A DNA stretch of 64,000 nt from Candidatus Woesebacteria bacterium GW2011_GWB1_33_38 (GTDB lineage Bacteria > Patescibacteriota > Microgenomatia > UBA8517): assembly GCA_000990005.1 (NCBI GenBank), contig LBPF01000001.1, positions 90,315 to 154,314 of the forward strand. The letters run 5' to 3'. Of this stretch, positions 8,779 through 18,722 are shown one piece after another. The translations under genes were made by a program, and so were the position numbers. A model generated the notes under the pieces. It worked only from the letters and a program-made list of their open reading frames with translations. It did no database searches and had not been told where the DNA came from. Every line of letters begins with the position of its first letter. Positions within the stretch are counted from its first letter, which is position 1.

Positions 8779-10320
8779 TTGTATAATACCTTCATGGGAA
8801 AGGTTTATATTTTTGTTTTTGGAATATTAATACTTTTGGGGTTGGCTGATTCTGTTTTTTTAACTTGGGAACATTACACGCTAACTTCAATTGGGTGTCC
8901 TATTAGTCCTTGGATAAATTGCTTGGCAGTAACATCTTCTAAATATTCTGAAATATTAGGTATTCCATTATCTCTTTTGGGCTCAATTTATTATATTGTT
9001 TTGTTTTTTTTACTCTTGAAGAAAGAAACAATGTTTAAACACTTCTTTTTGCTGACATCAAGTTTTGGTGTTTTGTTTTCATTTTATCTAATCTATATCC
9101 AAGTTTTTGCGATTGGACTCTTTTGTTTATATTGCTTAGCTTCCGCCTTAATTTCCTTTTTAATATTTGGTTTAACATGGATCTTTTTCAAAAAAGAGTG
9201 GAGTACCTTGGTTGTAGACTCTCTTGGGTATGGTTATAAATTTATCTTAAAACCAATGTTATTTATGGTTGATGCTGAAGTCGTTCATGAAACCATGGTT
9301 AAAATGGGAGAGAGTTTGCCCAAACTAATACTTAATTTATTTAAAAGAATATTTGTTAAAAAATATAAAAACCTAGAGCAAAAAATATTAGACATTAAAT
9401 TTTTAAGCCCAATTGGCCTTGCAGCAGGATTTGATTATGAAGCAAGATTAACCCAAACACTTCCATTTATTGGTTTTGGCTTTCAAACAGTTGGAACCAT
9501 AACTAATATGAGTTATGGTGGTAATCCAAAACCAAGACTAGGTAGACTTCCGCAAAGCAAATCATTATTGGTTAATAAAGGTTTTAAAAATCTGGGTATT
9601 GAACAAACTTTAAAAAAATTATCAGAAAAAAAACTTATTTATCCTGTTGGCATTTCGATCGGAAGAACAAATTCACCTAAACTAGATACTATTGATAAAT
9701 CGATAACTGATATTTTGTCTGCATTTAAATATGCCAAAAATTTTAATATAAATAATGCCTATTACGAACTAAACATAAGCTGTCCTAATATTATTCATGA
9801 TGCTGGAATAAATTTTTACAAATATAATAATCTAGAAAAACTACTTCTTGAGATGGATAAAATTAAATTAACAAAGCCTATATTTGTAAAAATGCCGATT
9901 GATCAAACTGACGGTTATACATTAAAAATGTTAAATGTGATTTCAAGGCACAATATTAAGGGAGTTATATTTGGAAACTTGCAAACAAACAAGAAAAATA
10001 AAGTTCTAGTCAGTTCTGAAGTTAATAAATTTAAGATGGGTAAGTACTCAGGCAAACCAACTTTTGAAGATTCAAATAGATTAATTAAACTCACTTATAA
10101 AAATTTTAAAGATAGATTTATAATAATTGGCTGTGGAGGAGTGTTTAATGCAGATGATGCCTGGGTCAAGTTTGCAAACGGTGCAAGTTTAGTCCAACTC
10201 ATAACTGGAATGATTTTTGAGGGACCTCAACTTACTGCTCAAATAAATAGGGATCTTTCAGAAAGACTTCAAAAAGAAGGCTATAAAAACATTAGTCAGA
10301 TAGTTGGAAGTGCTATATAA
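8779..10320 (+). CDS. pyrD: fusion protein: N-terminal VKOR (vitamin K epoxide reductase) membrane domain + class-2-type dihydroorotate dehydrogenase domain
   Basis: VKOR part: loop cysteines GCPISPWINC, the S-x-ILGIPLSLLGSIYY motif, and an intramembrane CLYC (CxxC). DHODH part aligns along its length to E. coli PyrD: SPIGLAAGFDYEA, GFGFQTVGTITNMSYGGNPKPRLGRL, NKGFKNLG, NISCPN, IIGCGGVFNADDAWVKFANGASLVQLITGMIFEGP. Confidence 0.7.
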   Translation: MYNTFMGKVYIFVFGILILLGLADSVFLTWEHYTLTSIGCPISPWINCLAVTSSKYSEILGIPLSLLGSIYYIVLFFLLLKKETMFKHFFLLTSSFGVLFSFYLIYIQVFAIGLFCLYCLASALISFLIFGLTWIFFKKEWSTLVVDSLGYGYKFILKPMLFMVDAEVVHETMVKMGESLPKLILNLFKRIFVKKYKNLEQKILDIKFLSPIGLAAGFDYEARLTQTLPFIGFGFQTVGTITNMSYGGNPKPRLGRLPQSKSLLVNKGFKNLGIEQTLKKLSEKKLIYPVGISIGRTNSPKLDTIDKSITDILSAFKYAKNFNINNAYYELNISCPNIIHDAGINFYKYNNLEKLLLEMDKIKLTKPIFVKMPIDQTDGYTLKMLNVISRHNIKGVIFGNLQTNKKNKVLVSSEVNKFKMGKYSGKPTFEDSNRLIKLTYKNFKDRFIIIGCGGVFNADDAWVKFANGASLVQLITGMIFEGPQLTAQINRDLSERLQKEGYKNISQIVGSAI

Positions 10321-10329
10321 TATCTTCAT

Positions 10330-11307
10330 ATGAAGGTGGCAATGGTTTCGGGGGCAAACAGTGCCTTGGGTGCTATGGGTCTGCATAATAATGAATTGAC
10401 AAAAGCAATTAAGGCTCTAAACAGTAAAAATATTAGGTTTGTAGATAATCCAAAAGATGCTGACTTAACTCATTACGTGGGATTTCATCCGTTTTTTATT
10501 TCACTCCCATTTTTTAAACCTTCAAAAAAAGTTGTTTTAACAATCCATGATTTACATAGATTAATTTATCCAAATCATTTCCCTCCTGGTATAAAAGGAA
10601 GTTTAAAGTTTTTAATAAATAAATTTTTGATATGGAAAAATGTAGACAGGATAATAACAATTTCAGAAACTTCTAAAAAAGACATATCTAGGTTTTTGGG
10701 TGTAAATCCGGATAAAATATTTGTTACTTACTTGGGGATAAAGAAAGCTTTTAAAAAACTTGCAAAAGAAGCTTGGGAGACAGAAATTAGAAAAAGATAT
10801 TCTTTACCAAATGAATATATACTCTTTCAGGGAGATATTTATTATAACAAAAATATTCCTAACCTAGTTAAGGCATGCAAATTGGCAAAGAAGACCTTAG
10901 TGGTTGTAGGAAAACAAGCCAAAGAAATTGAAAATATGGATTTAGATCATCCAGAGTTGGTTCATTTAAAGGGAATCGACTTTTCAAATGTCATAAGACC
11001 AGGATTTGTAGAGGATAATGATTTTAATAAAATATATAATCTAGCATATTGCTATGTACAGCCGTCTTTTTACGAGGGTTTTGGCTTGCCACTTCTTGAA
11101 GCCTACTCCAGCGGCACCCCGCTAGTAGTTTCAAAGGCTCAAACTCTTGTTGAGATTATGGGCCTTGAAATAAAATATATAAATCCAAATAGTCCAGAAG
11201 ATATAGCAATGGGAATTCTTAATCCAAATAAAAATGTAAAATTGCCACGCATATACACGTGGGAAAAGACTGCAAAGGAAACATTAGAAGTGTATGCAAA
11301 AGTCTAG
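10330..11307 (+). CDS. GT4 family glycosyltransferase (GT-B fold)
   Basis: C-terminal YVQPSFYEGFGLPLLEAYSSGTPLVVS (E-x7-E region). Confidence 0.75.
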   Translation: MKVAMVSGANSALGAMGLHNNELTKAIKALNSKNIRFVDNPKDADLTHYVGFHPFFISLPFFKPSKKVVLTIHDLHRLIYPNHFPPGIKGSLKFLINKFLIWKNVDRIITISETSKKDISRFLGVNPDKIFVTYLGIKKAFKKLAKEAWETEIRKRYSLPNEYILFQGDIYYNKNIPNLVKACKLAKKTLVVVGKQAKEIENMDLDHPELVHLKGIDFSNVIRPGFVEDNDFNKIYNLAYCYVQPSFYEGFGLPLLEAYSSGTPLVVSKAQTLVEIMGLEIKYINPNSPEDIAMGILNPNKNVKLPRIYTWEKTAKETLEVYAKV

Positions 11308-12331
11308 TATTTTATTTATACTCAAAAGCTTTTTTGTTTGGAGAGTTACTACTTTATTAATTGCTTATCTAGCAATTCTATTTGTCCCGAGATTAAGTGA
11401 TAACTTTTTGGGGGGGATGATATCTGACTATAACAGTAATCCTTTTCTCTGGTCTTGGGCCAATTTTGACGGAGAACATTATTTGTCAATTGCAGTAAAT
11501 GGTTATAAAGATTTACAGCAAGCCTTTTTTCCGCTTTATCCATTATTGATTCGTTTTTTTGGTGGCTCAATTGTTTCTGCCTTACTAATTTCCAACTTAA
11601 GTCTCCTAATTTCTCTTGTTGGTTTATACAAACTAATTGAGTTAGATTATGATCAAAAGGTTGCAAGATTATCCATAATATTACTTTTAATGTTTCCATC
11701 ATCTTTCTTTTTTGGCGCAGTATACACAGAAAGTTTATTTTTAGCTCTAGTTGTCTGGGGTTTTTACTTTTTCAGGAAAAGGAAATTTTTATTAGGAGTA
11801 GTACTTGGTAGTTTATCTTCATTAACTCGTATTATTGGAATTATTCCGATTGGTGTTTTTGGATACATGGGCTATTCAAAATATAAATGGGGAGATGCTT
11901 TAGCGCTTTTTCATAATCAGATAAACTTTGGAGAACAGAGAAGTGATCATCTAATTATGTTACCTCAAGTTTTTTACCGATATTTTGTCAAAATACTACC
12001 TAGTTTATCGTGGAATTACTTTCCAATTGTGTTTACTACACTTCTTGAAATTGTGGTAGCCATAGCATTTTTATTAGTTATTATTTATTCATTTAAAAAG
12101 ATTAGACTTGAGTATTGGTTATTTTTAACAATTGGTTATTTAATACCAACGCTTACAGGTAGTTTTTCTTCTATGTTAAGATACGTAATTGTTCTGTTTC
12201 CAGCTTTTATATATTTGGCAACAAATATTGTTAAATTTAAGAAACAGGCACAAATATTCATTTTTACTACAATGCTTATCTTGCTTGTAATAACTGAAGC
12301 ATTATTTATGAGGGGGTATTTTGTCTCATGA
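11294..12331 (+). CDS. polytopic membrane glycosyltransferase, PIG-V / GPI-mannosyltransferase-2-like (Mannosyl_trans2 family, GT76-like)
   Basis: FDGEHYLSIAVNGYKDLQQAFFPLYPLLI matches the remembered PIG-V family core. Multi-TM throughout. Confidence 0.5.
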   Translation: MQKSSILFILKSFFVWRVTTLLIAYLAILFVPRLSDNFLGGMISDYNSNPFLWSWANFDGEHYLSIAVNGYKDLQQAFFPLYPLLIRFFGGSIVSALLISNLSLLISLVGLYKLIELDYDQKVARLSIILLLMFPSSFFFGAVYTESLFLALVVWGFYFFRKRKFLLGVVLGSLSSLTRIIGIIPIGVFGYMGYSKYKWGDALALFHNQINFGEQRSDHLIMLPQVFYRYFVKILPSLSWNYFPIVFTTLLEIVVAIAFLLVIIYSFKKIRLEYWLFLTIGYLIPTLTGSFSSMLRYVIVLFPAFIYLATNIVKFKKQAQIFIFTTMLILLVITEALFMRGYFVS

Positions 12332-13545
12332 TTATCGCAATTATTGGTGCTGGGTTTACAGGTTTGACACTTGCATATCGTTTATCTCAAAAAGGACATC
12401 AGATTACTTTAATTGAATCAGAAAATAAAGCAGGTGGTCTTGCAGTTGGGTTTTCAAAAAAAGTGTGGAAATGGACTTTGGAAAAACACTACCATCATTG
12501 GTTTACCAACGATTATTCAATTTTAAATTTGGCCAAAGAGATTGGTCACAAGGTTGTTACAGTTAGGCCAAAAACGTCCACTTTTATTAAAGGTGAGATT
12601 TATCAAATTGATTCACCCTTTGCACTTTTGATTTTTTCTAAATTAAGTATCATTGATAGGCTTAGAACAGGAATTATATTATTTTCTTTAAAAATAAGTC
12701 CATTCCTTAAGCTTTATGAGAAAGTTACATCAGAAAAGTTTATACGTTTTTTTATGGGTGAGAAGTCTTGGAATGTTTTATGGAAACCTCTTTTTACAAA
12801 AAAATTTGGTGTAGATTACAAAAAAATATTGTTGTCTTGGTTTTGGGCAAGAATCAAAAAGAGAACACCATCACTATGTTATCCTGCCGGTGGATTTCAA
12901 AAGTTTGCAGATAGAATCGTGAATAAATTAAAACAAAAAAAAGTAATAATTTACTACAACGAACTATTCCAGAAATTTAAGAAAAAGAGTGGTAAATTTG
13001 TCCTTTTTACAAACAAAAGACAGCTAATAGTAGATAAAATTATAAATACAATTCCTCTTAAAGAAACAGGTATCAAAATGATCGGTGCAATTAATTTAGT
13101 TTTAGAACTCAAAGAACCATTTTTAAAAGACAATACTTATTGGCTTAATATTAATGATGCCAATTCCCCCTTTTTAGCCGTTGTAGAACATACTAATTTT
13201 ATGGATAAAAGGAATTATAACAATCGACATGTTGTTTATGTTGGGAACTATCTTGATAAAAGTTCTAACTTATACAGCAAAAATATTGAGGAAATCTTAG
13301 ATATATATTTACCGTATTTAAATAAAATTAATCCTGATTTTAAAAAGAATGTGATTGTAAATAAATATTTATTCAAGGCTCCTTTTGCACAACCCATTGT
13401 GTCTAATGGATATTCTAAAAAGATTCCACCTTTTGTGTCAGAAATAGCCGGTGTTTATAATGCAAATATACAACAAGTTTATCCTTGGGATAGAGGTACG
13501 AATTATGCAGTAGAAATAGGAAACAAAGTTGCAAAATTAATATGA
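12328..13545 (+). CDS. FAD/NAD(P)-binding oxidoreductase (amine-oxidase / protoporphyrinogen-oxidase-like fold; possibly a sugar-nucleotide-modifying flavoenzyme)
   Basis: N-terminal IIAIIGAGFTGLTLAYRL...IESENKAGGL dinucleotide-binding motif. The HYHHWFTNDY segment is faintly Glf-like. C-terminal segment is amine-oxidase-like. Confidence 0.55.
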   Translation: MIIAIIGAGFTGLTLAYRLSQKGHQITLIESENKAGGLAVGFSKKVWKWTLEKHYHHWFTNDYSILNLAKEIGHKVVTVRPKTSTFIKGEIYQIDSPFALLIFSKLSIIDRLRTGIILFSLKISPFLKLYEKVTSEKFIRFFMGEKSWNVLWKPLFTKKFGVDYKKILLSWFWARIKKRTPSLCYPAGGFQKFADRIVNKLKQKKVIIYYNELFQKFKKKSGKFVLFTNKRQLIVDKIINTIPLKETGIKMIGAINLVLELKEPFLKDNTYWLNINDANSPFLAVVEHTNFMDKRNYNNRHVVYVGNYLDKSSNLYSKNIEEILDIYLPYLNKINPDFKKNVIVNKYLFKAPFAQPIVSNGYSKKIPPFVSEIAGVYNANIQQVYPWDRGTNYAVEIGNKVAKLI

Positions 13546-14960
13546 AGTTTTCAAAAACAATTTTAATAATTTATTTTATAACACTTTTTGTTAGGCTTTG
13601 GAATTTTCCTAATCACCCGATTTATTCAGACGAAATTACTTGGATGACAAGAAGTAAGGAGTTAATTTATGCTTTGTCTAAATGGAATACTGAGTTTTTG
13701 AAAACTGCATGGTGGACTTATCAAGGAGAAACTCCCGCTATTGGTTTACCTCTTTCGATCGTGAGTGGGATCTCTCAAATTGTCTTCGCCGGACAAAGTA
13801 AATACAGTTTAAATATATTTTCAGATATAGTTGCCGCTAGGCTTCCAATTATCTTTCTAACTTCACTAATTTCTGTTTTTGTGTACAAAATTGGTTTATA
13901 TTTGAATAAAAAAATCGCTTTGTTGGCTGGTTTTTTGTACGCTTTAAATCCTGTTTTAATTGGTATTGAAAAATGGGCAATTAATGACGGTTTACTAACG
14001 CTTTTTTCAATCACTGCAATATATTATTTTATTAAGGCAAGTTTAGATAAAAAAATAAATCTAATACCTGCGATATTTTTATCATTAGCCTTTTTAACTA
14101 AACCGCTAGGTCTTTTAGTTATAATTCCTTGGTTTTTTATCGTAAAACCGGGTAAGTTATTTTTTTATAACTTACTTTTCTTTTTTGTAATGATTCAGGT
14201 TTTTTGGCCTCTCTCTTGGTTTTTGCCGTTTATTTCCATTTTTGATTATTTATATAGAGTTTATTTTTTTGTACAAGGAAACTACTTAGAGAACTTTTAT
14301 TTTGGAGTTTCATCCACCAATCCCCATTGGAGTTACTATTTATTCCAAATTTTTGCCAGATTAACAGAAATTACAATTATTGGTTTACTAATTGGACTAT
14401 TTAATCTAAACAAAAAATATCTCCCATTTTTGATATATACTTTAATTTATCTTGCCGTAATAAGTTTCTCATCTCAAAAAATCGATATTCGATACGCATT
14501 ACCAACGATACCTGTTTTAGTAATTATTTCTAGTGAGGGAATAACTAAATTAATCAAAAAATTACCCAATATTAAACTAATTATTTTTGCACTCATAATT
14601 ATTCCGCTAATTTGGTTAAAAAGTACCCATATTTATTTTAATAATTTCGTAGGAGGTGCAAAAGGGGCACAAAAATATGTTTTGGTCGGATGGTGCACCA
14701 GCGAAAGAGAGGCTCTCAACTATTTAAATAGTATTAAAGCAATTGGCAGTGTTTATATTGCTGGATGTCCATCGGTTACTCCATATTATTCCCCGTTACC
14801 ATTAACTTACGATTTTAGAAAATCTGACTATATTATTTTAGAAACCTATTATTTGAATCAACATCCTAAATCTGATCTCTTGACATATTTAAAAGATAAA
14901 AAAGAGATCAAGGCAATAATTGAAAAAGGTGCTACAATTTCACTAATATTTAAGAACTAA
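13542..14960 (+). CDS. GT-C superfamily glycosyltransferase (PMT_2/ArnT-like)
   Basis: First loop SDEITWMTRSKE (DE motif). About 11 TM helices plus a C-terminal soluble domain. Confidence 0.65.
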   Translation: MKFSKTILIIYFITLFVRLWNFPNHPIYSDEITWMTRSKELIYALSKWNTEFLKTAWWTYQGETPAIGLPLSIVSGISQIVFAGQSKYSLNIFSDIVAARLPIIFLTSLISVFVYKIGLYLNKKIALLAGFLYALNPVLIGIEKWAINDGLLTLFSITAIYYFIKASLDKKINLIPAIFLSLAFLTKPLGLLVIIPWFFIVKPGKLFFYNLLFFFVMIQVFWPLSWFLPFISIFDYLYRVYFFVQGNYLENFYFGVSSTNPHWSYYLFQIFARLTEITIIGLLIGLFNLNKKYLPFLIYTLIYLAVISFSSQKIDIRYALPTIPVLVIISSEGITKLIKKLPNIKLIIFALIIIPLIWLKSTHIYFNNFVGGAKGAQKYVLVGWCTSEREALNYLNSIKAIGSVYIAGCPSVTPYYSPLPLTYDFRKSDYIILETYYLNQHPKSDLLTYLKDKKEIKAIIEKGATISLIFKN

Positions 14961-14961
14961 T

Positions 14962-15921
14962 ATGAGAATATTAATAACAGGAGGAGCAGGATTCATTGGA
15001 TCACATTTAGTTAAAAGACTTCTTTTAGAGAACCACAAAATAGTGGTGATTGATAATTTTGACCCTTTTTACTCAATTGAAGATAAAAAGGAAAATATTA
15101 AAGTTTTTAAAAGAGATAAAAACTTCAAGTTATTTAATGTTGATATTACAGACAGAAAAAAGATTGCAAACATATTTTTGAAACATAAATTTGATCAAGT
15201 TATACATTTAGCTGCTAAAGCAGGAGTTAGGCCTTCAATTGAAGATCCTGTGGCTTACTTTAAAACCAATATTGAAGGCACGTTAACACTTTTAGAAGCC
15301 TGCAAAGATATTAAGTTAAAAAACTTTATATTTATTTCTTCCTCATCAGTTTACGGTGAAAGACCGAAAGTTCCGTTTTCCGAAGATGATAAGGCAGAAA
15401 ATCCAATTTCTCCCTATGGGTTAACAAAACTCTCAGGTGAAAAACTTTTAAAAATTTATAGCAACCTCTATTCGATTCCTTCAACCGCTATAAGGTTGTT
15501 TACCGTTTATGGACCAAGACAGAGACCTGATCTTGCAATAAGAAAGTTTATAGATAAAATTTATAACGCTAATGAAATTGAAATGTTTGGGGATGGCTCG
15601 ACTATGAGAGACTACACTTATGTCGACGACATTGTCGATGGCATTGTTAAGTGTGTATATCAGCCGTTTAAGTTTGAAGTAATTAATCTAGGTAATTCAA
15701 GCCCCATAAAACTTAGCGAGTTAATTAAAATAATCGAAAAAAGCTTGAGTAAAAAGGCAATAATTATTAAAAAACCAAATCAAATTGGAGATGTCTCTAG
15801 GACCTACGCAAATATCAGAAAAGCTAAAAAACTTCTTAATTGGAAACCGAATTTTAAGTTTGAAAAAGGTATATCTATGATGATAAAATGGTACCTAATA
15901 AAATATGCAAAAAAAGATTGA
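14962..15921 (+). CDS. NAD-dependent sugar-nucleotide epimerase/dehydratase (UDP-sugar 4-epimerase-like)
   Basis: MRILITGGAGFIGSHL (GxxGxxG); YGLTK (YxxxK) catalytic dyad. Confidence 0.85.
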   Translation: MRILITGGAGFIGSHLVKRLLLENHKIVVIDNFDPFYSIEDKKENIKVFKRDKNFKLFNVDITDRKKIANIFLKHKFDQVIHLAAKAGVRPSIEDPVAYFKTNIEGTLTLLEACKDIKLKNFIFISSSSVYGERPKVPFSEDDKAENPISPYGLTKLSGEKLLKIYSNLYSIPSTAIRLFTVYGPRQRPDLAIRKFIDKIYNANEIEMFGDGSTMRDYTYVDDIVDGIVKCVYQPFKFEVINLGNSSPIKLSELIKIIEKSLSKKAIIIKKPNQIGDVSRTYANIRKAKKLLNWKPNFKFEKGISMMIKWYLIKYAKKD

Positions 15922-16855
15922 CTTGTCTCTAGTTATTCCTGCCTACAATGAGGAGAAGAATCTTTCAATTTTACATCATCAAATTAATGAGGTGGTTTCT
16001 GAACTAAATTTAAGTTATGAAATAATTTTCGTGGATGATTGTTCGATTGACAACACCCTGAACGAATTGAAAAAAATTGCCAACAAAGACCAACGAGTAG
16101 TAATTATTGCTTTAAGACGTAGGTACGGACAAACCACTGCTATGTCAGCTGGTTTTGATAACGCTCGTGGTGAGGTCACTATTCCAATGGATGCAGATTT
16201 ACAGAACGACCCTAGAGATATCTCTAAATTACTTGACAAATTAAATGAGGGTTACGATGTTGTTTCAGGTTGGCGAAAGAATAGAAAAGAACCATTTTTG
16301 ACGAGAAGATTGCCTTCTATGATTGCAAATAAGTTAATATCGGTTATTACTGGAGTTGATTTACACGATACGGGATGTACATTAAAAGCATATAGATCTG
16401 AAATATTAGAAGAGACTAAACTTTATGGTGAGATGCATCGTTTTATTCCTGCCATAGCTCATATTGCAGGTGCAAAAATTGCAGAAGTAATAGTAAGACA
16501 CCATCCAAGAAAGTATGGAAAAGCAAAATATGGTATTAACAGAACGTTAAGGGTAATACTCGATGCTTTAACTGTTAAATTTTTACTTTCTTTTCAAACA
16601 AGACCAATGCATTTTTTTGGAAAACTTGGGGTTTTTGTGGGTGGGGTTGGAGCTTTACTCTTGACTTATCTGGTCTATCAAAGATTTTTTCTTGCACTTC
16701 CACTTTCATCGAGACCATCGTTCTTAGTTGCCATTTTTTGTATGCTTGTTGGGCTACAGCTTGTTATGACAGGACTTCTGGCTGAAATGCTGACGAGAAT
16801 ATACTTCGAGACCCAAAACAAAAAAACCTATATCATTAAAGAGAAAGTAAATTAA
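15905..16855 (+). CDS. polyprenyl-phosphate sugar synthase, GT2 (DPM1/GtrB/ArnC-like) with a C-terminal TM hairpin
   Basis: LSLVIPAYNEEKNL...IIFVDDCSIDNT...DADLQNDP, with two C-terminal TM helices as in GtrB/ArnC. Confidence 0.8.
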   Translation: MQKKIDLSLVIPAYNEEKNLSILHHQINEVVSELNLSYEIIFVDDCSIDNTLNELKKIANKDQRVVIIALRRRYGQTTAMSAGFDNARGEVTIPMDADLQNDPRDISKLLDKLNEGYDVVSGWRKNRKEPFLTRRLPSMIANKLISVITGVDLHDTGCTLKAYRSEILEETKLYGEMHRFIPAIAHIAGAKIAEVIVRHHPRKYGKAKYGINRTLRVILDALTVKFLLSFQTRPMHFFGKLGVFVGGVGALLLTYLVYQRFFLALPLSSRPSFLVAIFCMLVGLQLVMTGLLAEMLTRIYFETQNKKTYIIKEKVN

Positions 16856-16863
16856 ATTCACTT

Positions 16864-18000
16864 ATGAAAATACTTTTTGTTGATTTTGAGTATCCACCAT
16901 TGGGTGGTGGGGGTGGCATTGGCAATAAAGCATTGGTCGATGAATTATCAAAAAAACATCAAATTGATGTATTGACCTCTCACTACAAAGGACTTCCTAT
17001 GTTGGAAAAGAAGGGAAATGTGTGTATCTACAGAGCTCCAATATTATTAAGAAAATCGATTGAAACGTCAACTTTAGTTTCATTATTTACTTATTGTATT
17101 TCAGCGGCCTTTATTGGTTTAAAACAAATCCGTAATAAAAACTATGATGTAATACACTCTTTTTTTGCAGTACCTTCGGGGTTAGTAGGAATTTTGCTGT
17201 CAAAAATATCCAAAGTTCCTCATGTACTGACTATTCTGGGAGGAGATATTCACGATCCTACGAAGATATTGTCACCCAGTAGAAACTTTTTCACAAAAAG
17301 TGCTGTTAAGTACGTTCTTAATAATTCAGATTATGTTGCTGCTATATCGACTGATGTTGCAGAAAGAGCTAGGAAATTTTATAAATTAAATAGAGATTCC
17401 GATATTAAGATAATTTCATTCTCTTTAAAAAAACCCGATTTCGTTTTACCTAAAGTTAGGAAGTATGCTAGTTTTACAATAACGACAATTGCAAGATTGG
17501 TTAGACGAAAAAGAATAGCGGATCTTATTCGAGCTATCAAAAAAATAGATACTGTCAGGTTAAAAATAATTGGGGATGGACCACTTCGTCTCGAATTAGA
17601 AAATTTGGCAAGGGAAAATGGTGTTAGTAATAGGGTGGATTTTGTGGGATTTGTCAACGAGAAGACAAAATATAAAATTCTAAAAGCTTCACATTGTTTT
17701 GCTTTAATTTCTTCCCATGAAGGATTTGGGATTGTATATCTCGAGGCTATGTATTGTAGTCTACCTGTTATCGCTGGGAATATTGGTGGACATAATGATT
17801 TTTTGGTTAATAAAGAAACAGGATTCATCATAAAAGTAGGAGATGTTAACGAAATAGCGAAAAGTATAGAACTTCTGAAAAACCACCAAATTAAACGGAG
17901 CGTTATGGGAGTACACAACAAAAAGATAGTAGGAAAATATTATATAGAAAAAATTGCCAAACAGTACGAAAATGTTTATCAAATTTTTTCTAAAAAATGA
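16864..18000 (+). CDS. GT4 family glycosyltransferase (PimA-like)
   Basis: FEYPPLGGGGGIG N-terminal motif; SSHEGFGIVYLEAMYCSLPVIA. Confidence 0.8.
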   Translation: MKILFVDFEYPPLGGGGGIGNKALVDELSKKHQIDVLTSHYKGLPMLEKKGNVCIYRAPILLRKSIETSTLVSLFTYCISAAFIGLKQIRNKNYDVIHSFFAVPSGLVGILLSKISKVPHVLTILGGDIHDPTKILSPSRNFFTKSAVKYVLNNSDYVAAISTDVAERARKFYKLNRDSDIKIISFSLKKPDFVLPKVRKYASFTITTIARLVRRKRIADLIRAIKKIDTVRLKIIGDGPLRLELENLARENGVSNRVDFVGFVNEKTKYKILKASHCFALISSHEGFGIVYLEAMYCSLPVIAGNIGGHNDFLVNKETGFIIKVGDVNEIAKSIELLKNHQIKRSVMGVHNKKIVGKYYIEKIAKQYENVYQIFSKK

Positions 18001-18722
18001 ATACTTTTTCTGAGAAACAACGTCAATTTTACAACTCTTCGGCCAAAAAATATGATAATAGAAGTTTTGGTGTTTATCAACGTGCCAATAGAAATCACTA
18101 TAAAAAAATTGAAAAAATTCTTTCAATCGTTAAGAAATATATACCAAAAAAAATTTTGGAAGTTGGGACTGGTACAGGAATTCATGCCCAATGGCTACTT
18201 AAAAAAACAAAAGGAAAAATTTCTTATTGGGGGATTGATATATCGGAAGAAATGTTAAAAGCTTCAAAAGAAAGAATAAAAAATATACCAATTTTAACAA
18301 AACCTGTTTTTAAATGTGTCGATGCAAATAAATTACCTTTCAAGAATAATTTTTTTGATATGGTTTTTTGTTCCGGGACTCTCCATCATATGGACCAACC
18401 TAGACAAGTTGTAAAAGAAATGGCTAGGGTCCTCAAAACTGGTGGTAAAATGGTGATTATTGAACCAAATAGAAATTTTCCGCTTAATTTTATTGCGGGA
18501 ATAATTGATCCTATTGAGAGAAACATACTAAAATTTTCCCGAAATAATTTTAAAATCTGGGCAGATGGATTAATTAAAATAAATAAACTGGAAAATTTTA
18601 ATTATACGCCTCCAGCCCCGAAATTATTTTTCAGATTTTATGATTTTATTGATAATTTATTTAAGACTATTCCGTTAATTAAAGATTTTTCAATTATGAT
18701 TTATATGGAGGGCACAAAATGA
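17997..18722 (+). CDS. class I SAM-dependent methyltransferase
   Basis: ILEVGTGTGIHA (motif I); DMVFCSGTLHHM. Confidence 0.8.
   Translation: MNTFSEKQRQFYNSSAKKYDNRSFGVYQRANRNHYKKIEKILSIVKKYIPKKILEVGTGTGIHAQWLLKKTKGKISYWGIDISEEMLKASKERIKNIPILTKPVFKCVDANKLPFKNNFFDMVFCSGTLHHMDQPRQVVKEMARVLKTGGKMVIIEPNRNFPLNFIAGIIDPIERNILKFSRNNFKIWADGLIKINKLENFNYTPPAPKLFFRFYDFIDNLFKTIPLIKDFSIMIYMEGTK

Noticed and set aside
11349-11702. 117-aa minus-strand ORF inside the PIG-V-like gene
   Set aside because: Antisense overlap with no recognisable domain.
17379-18258. Cluster of 180-aa, 121-aa and 68-aa ORFs on both strands over the GT4 and methyltransferase junction
   Set aside because: All overlap two well-supported sense genes (GT4 with E-x7-E, methyltransferase with motif I). 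Their translations are repetitive and low-complexity.
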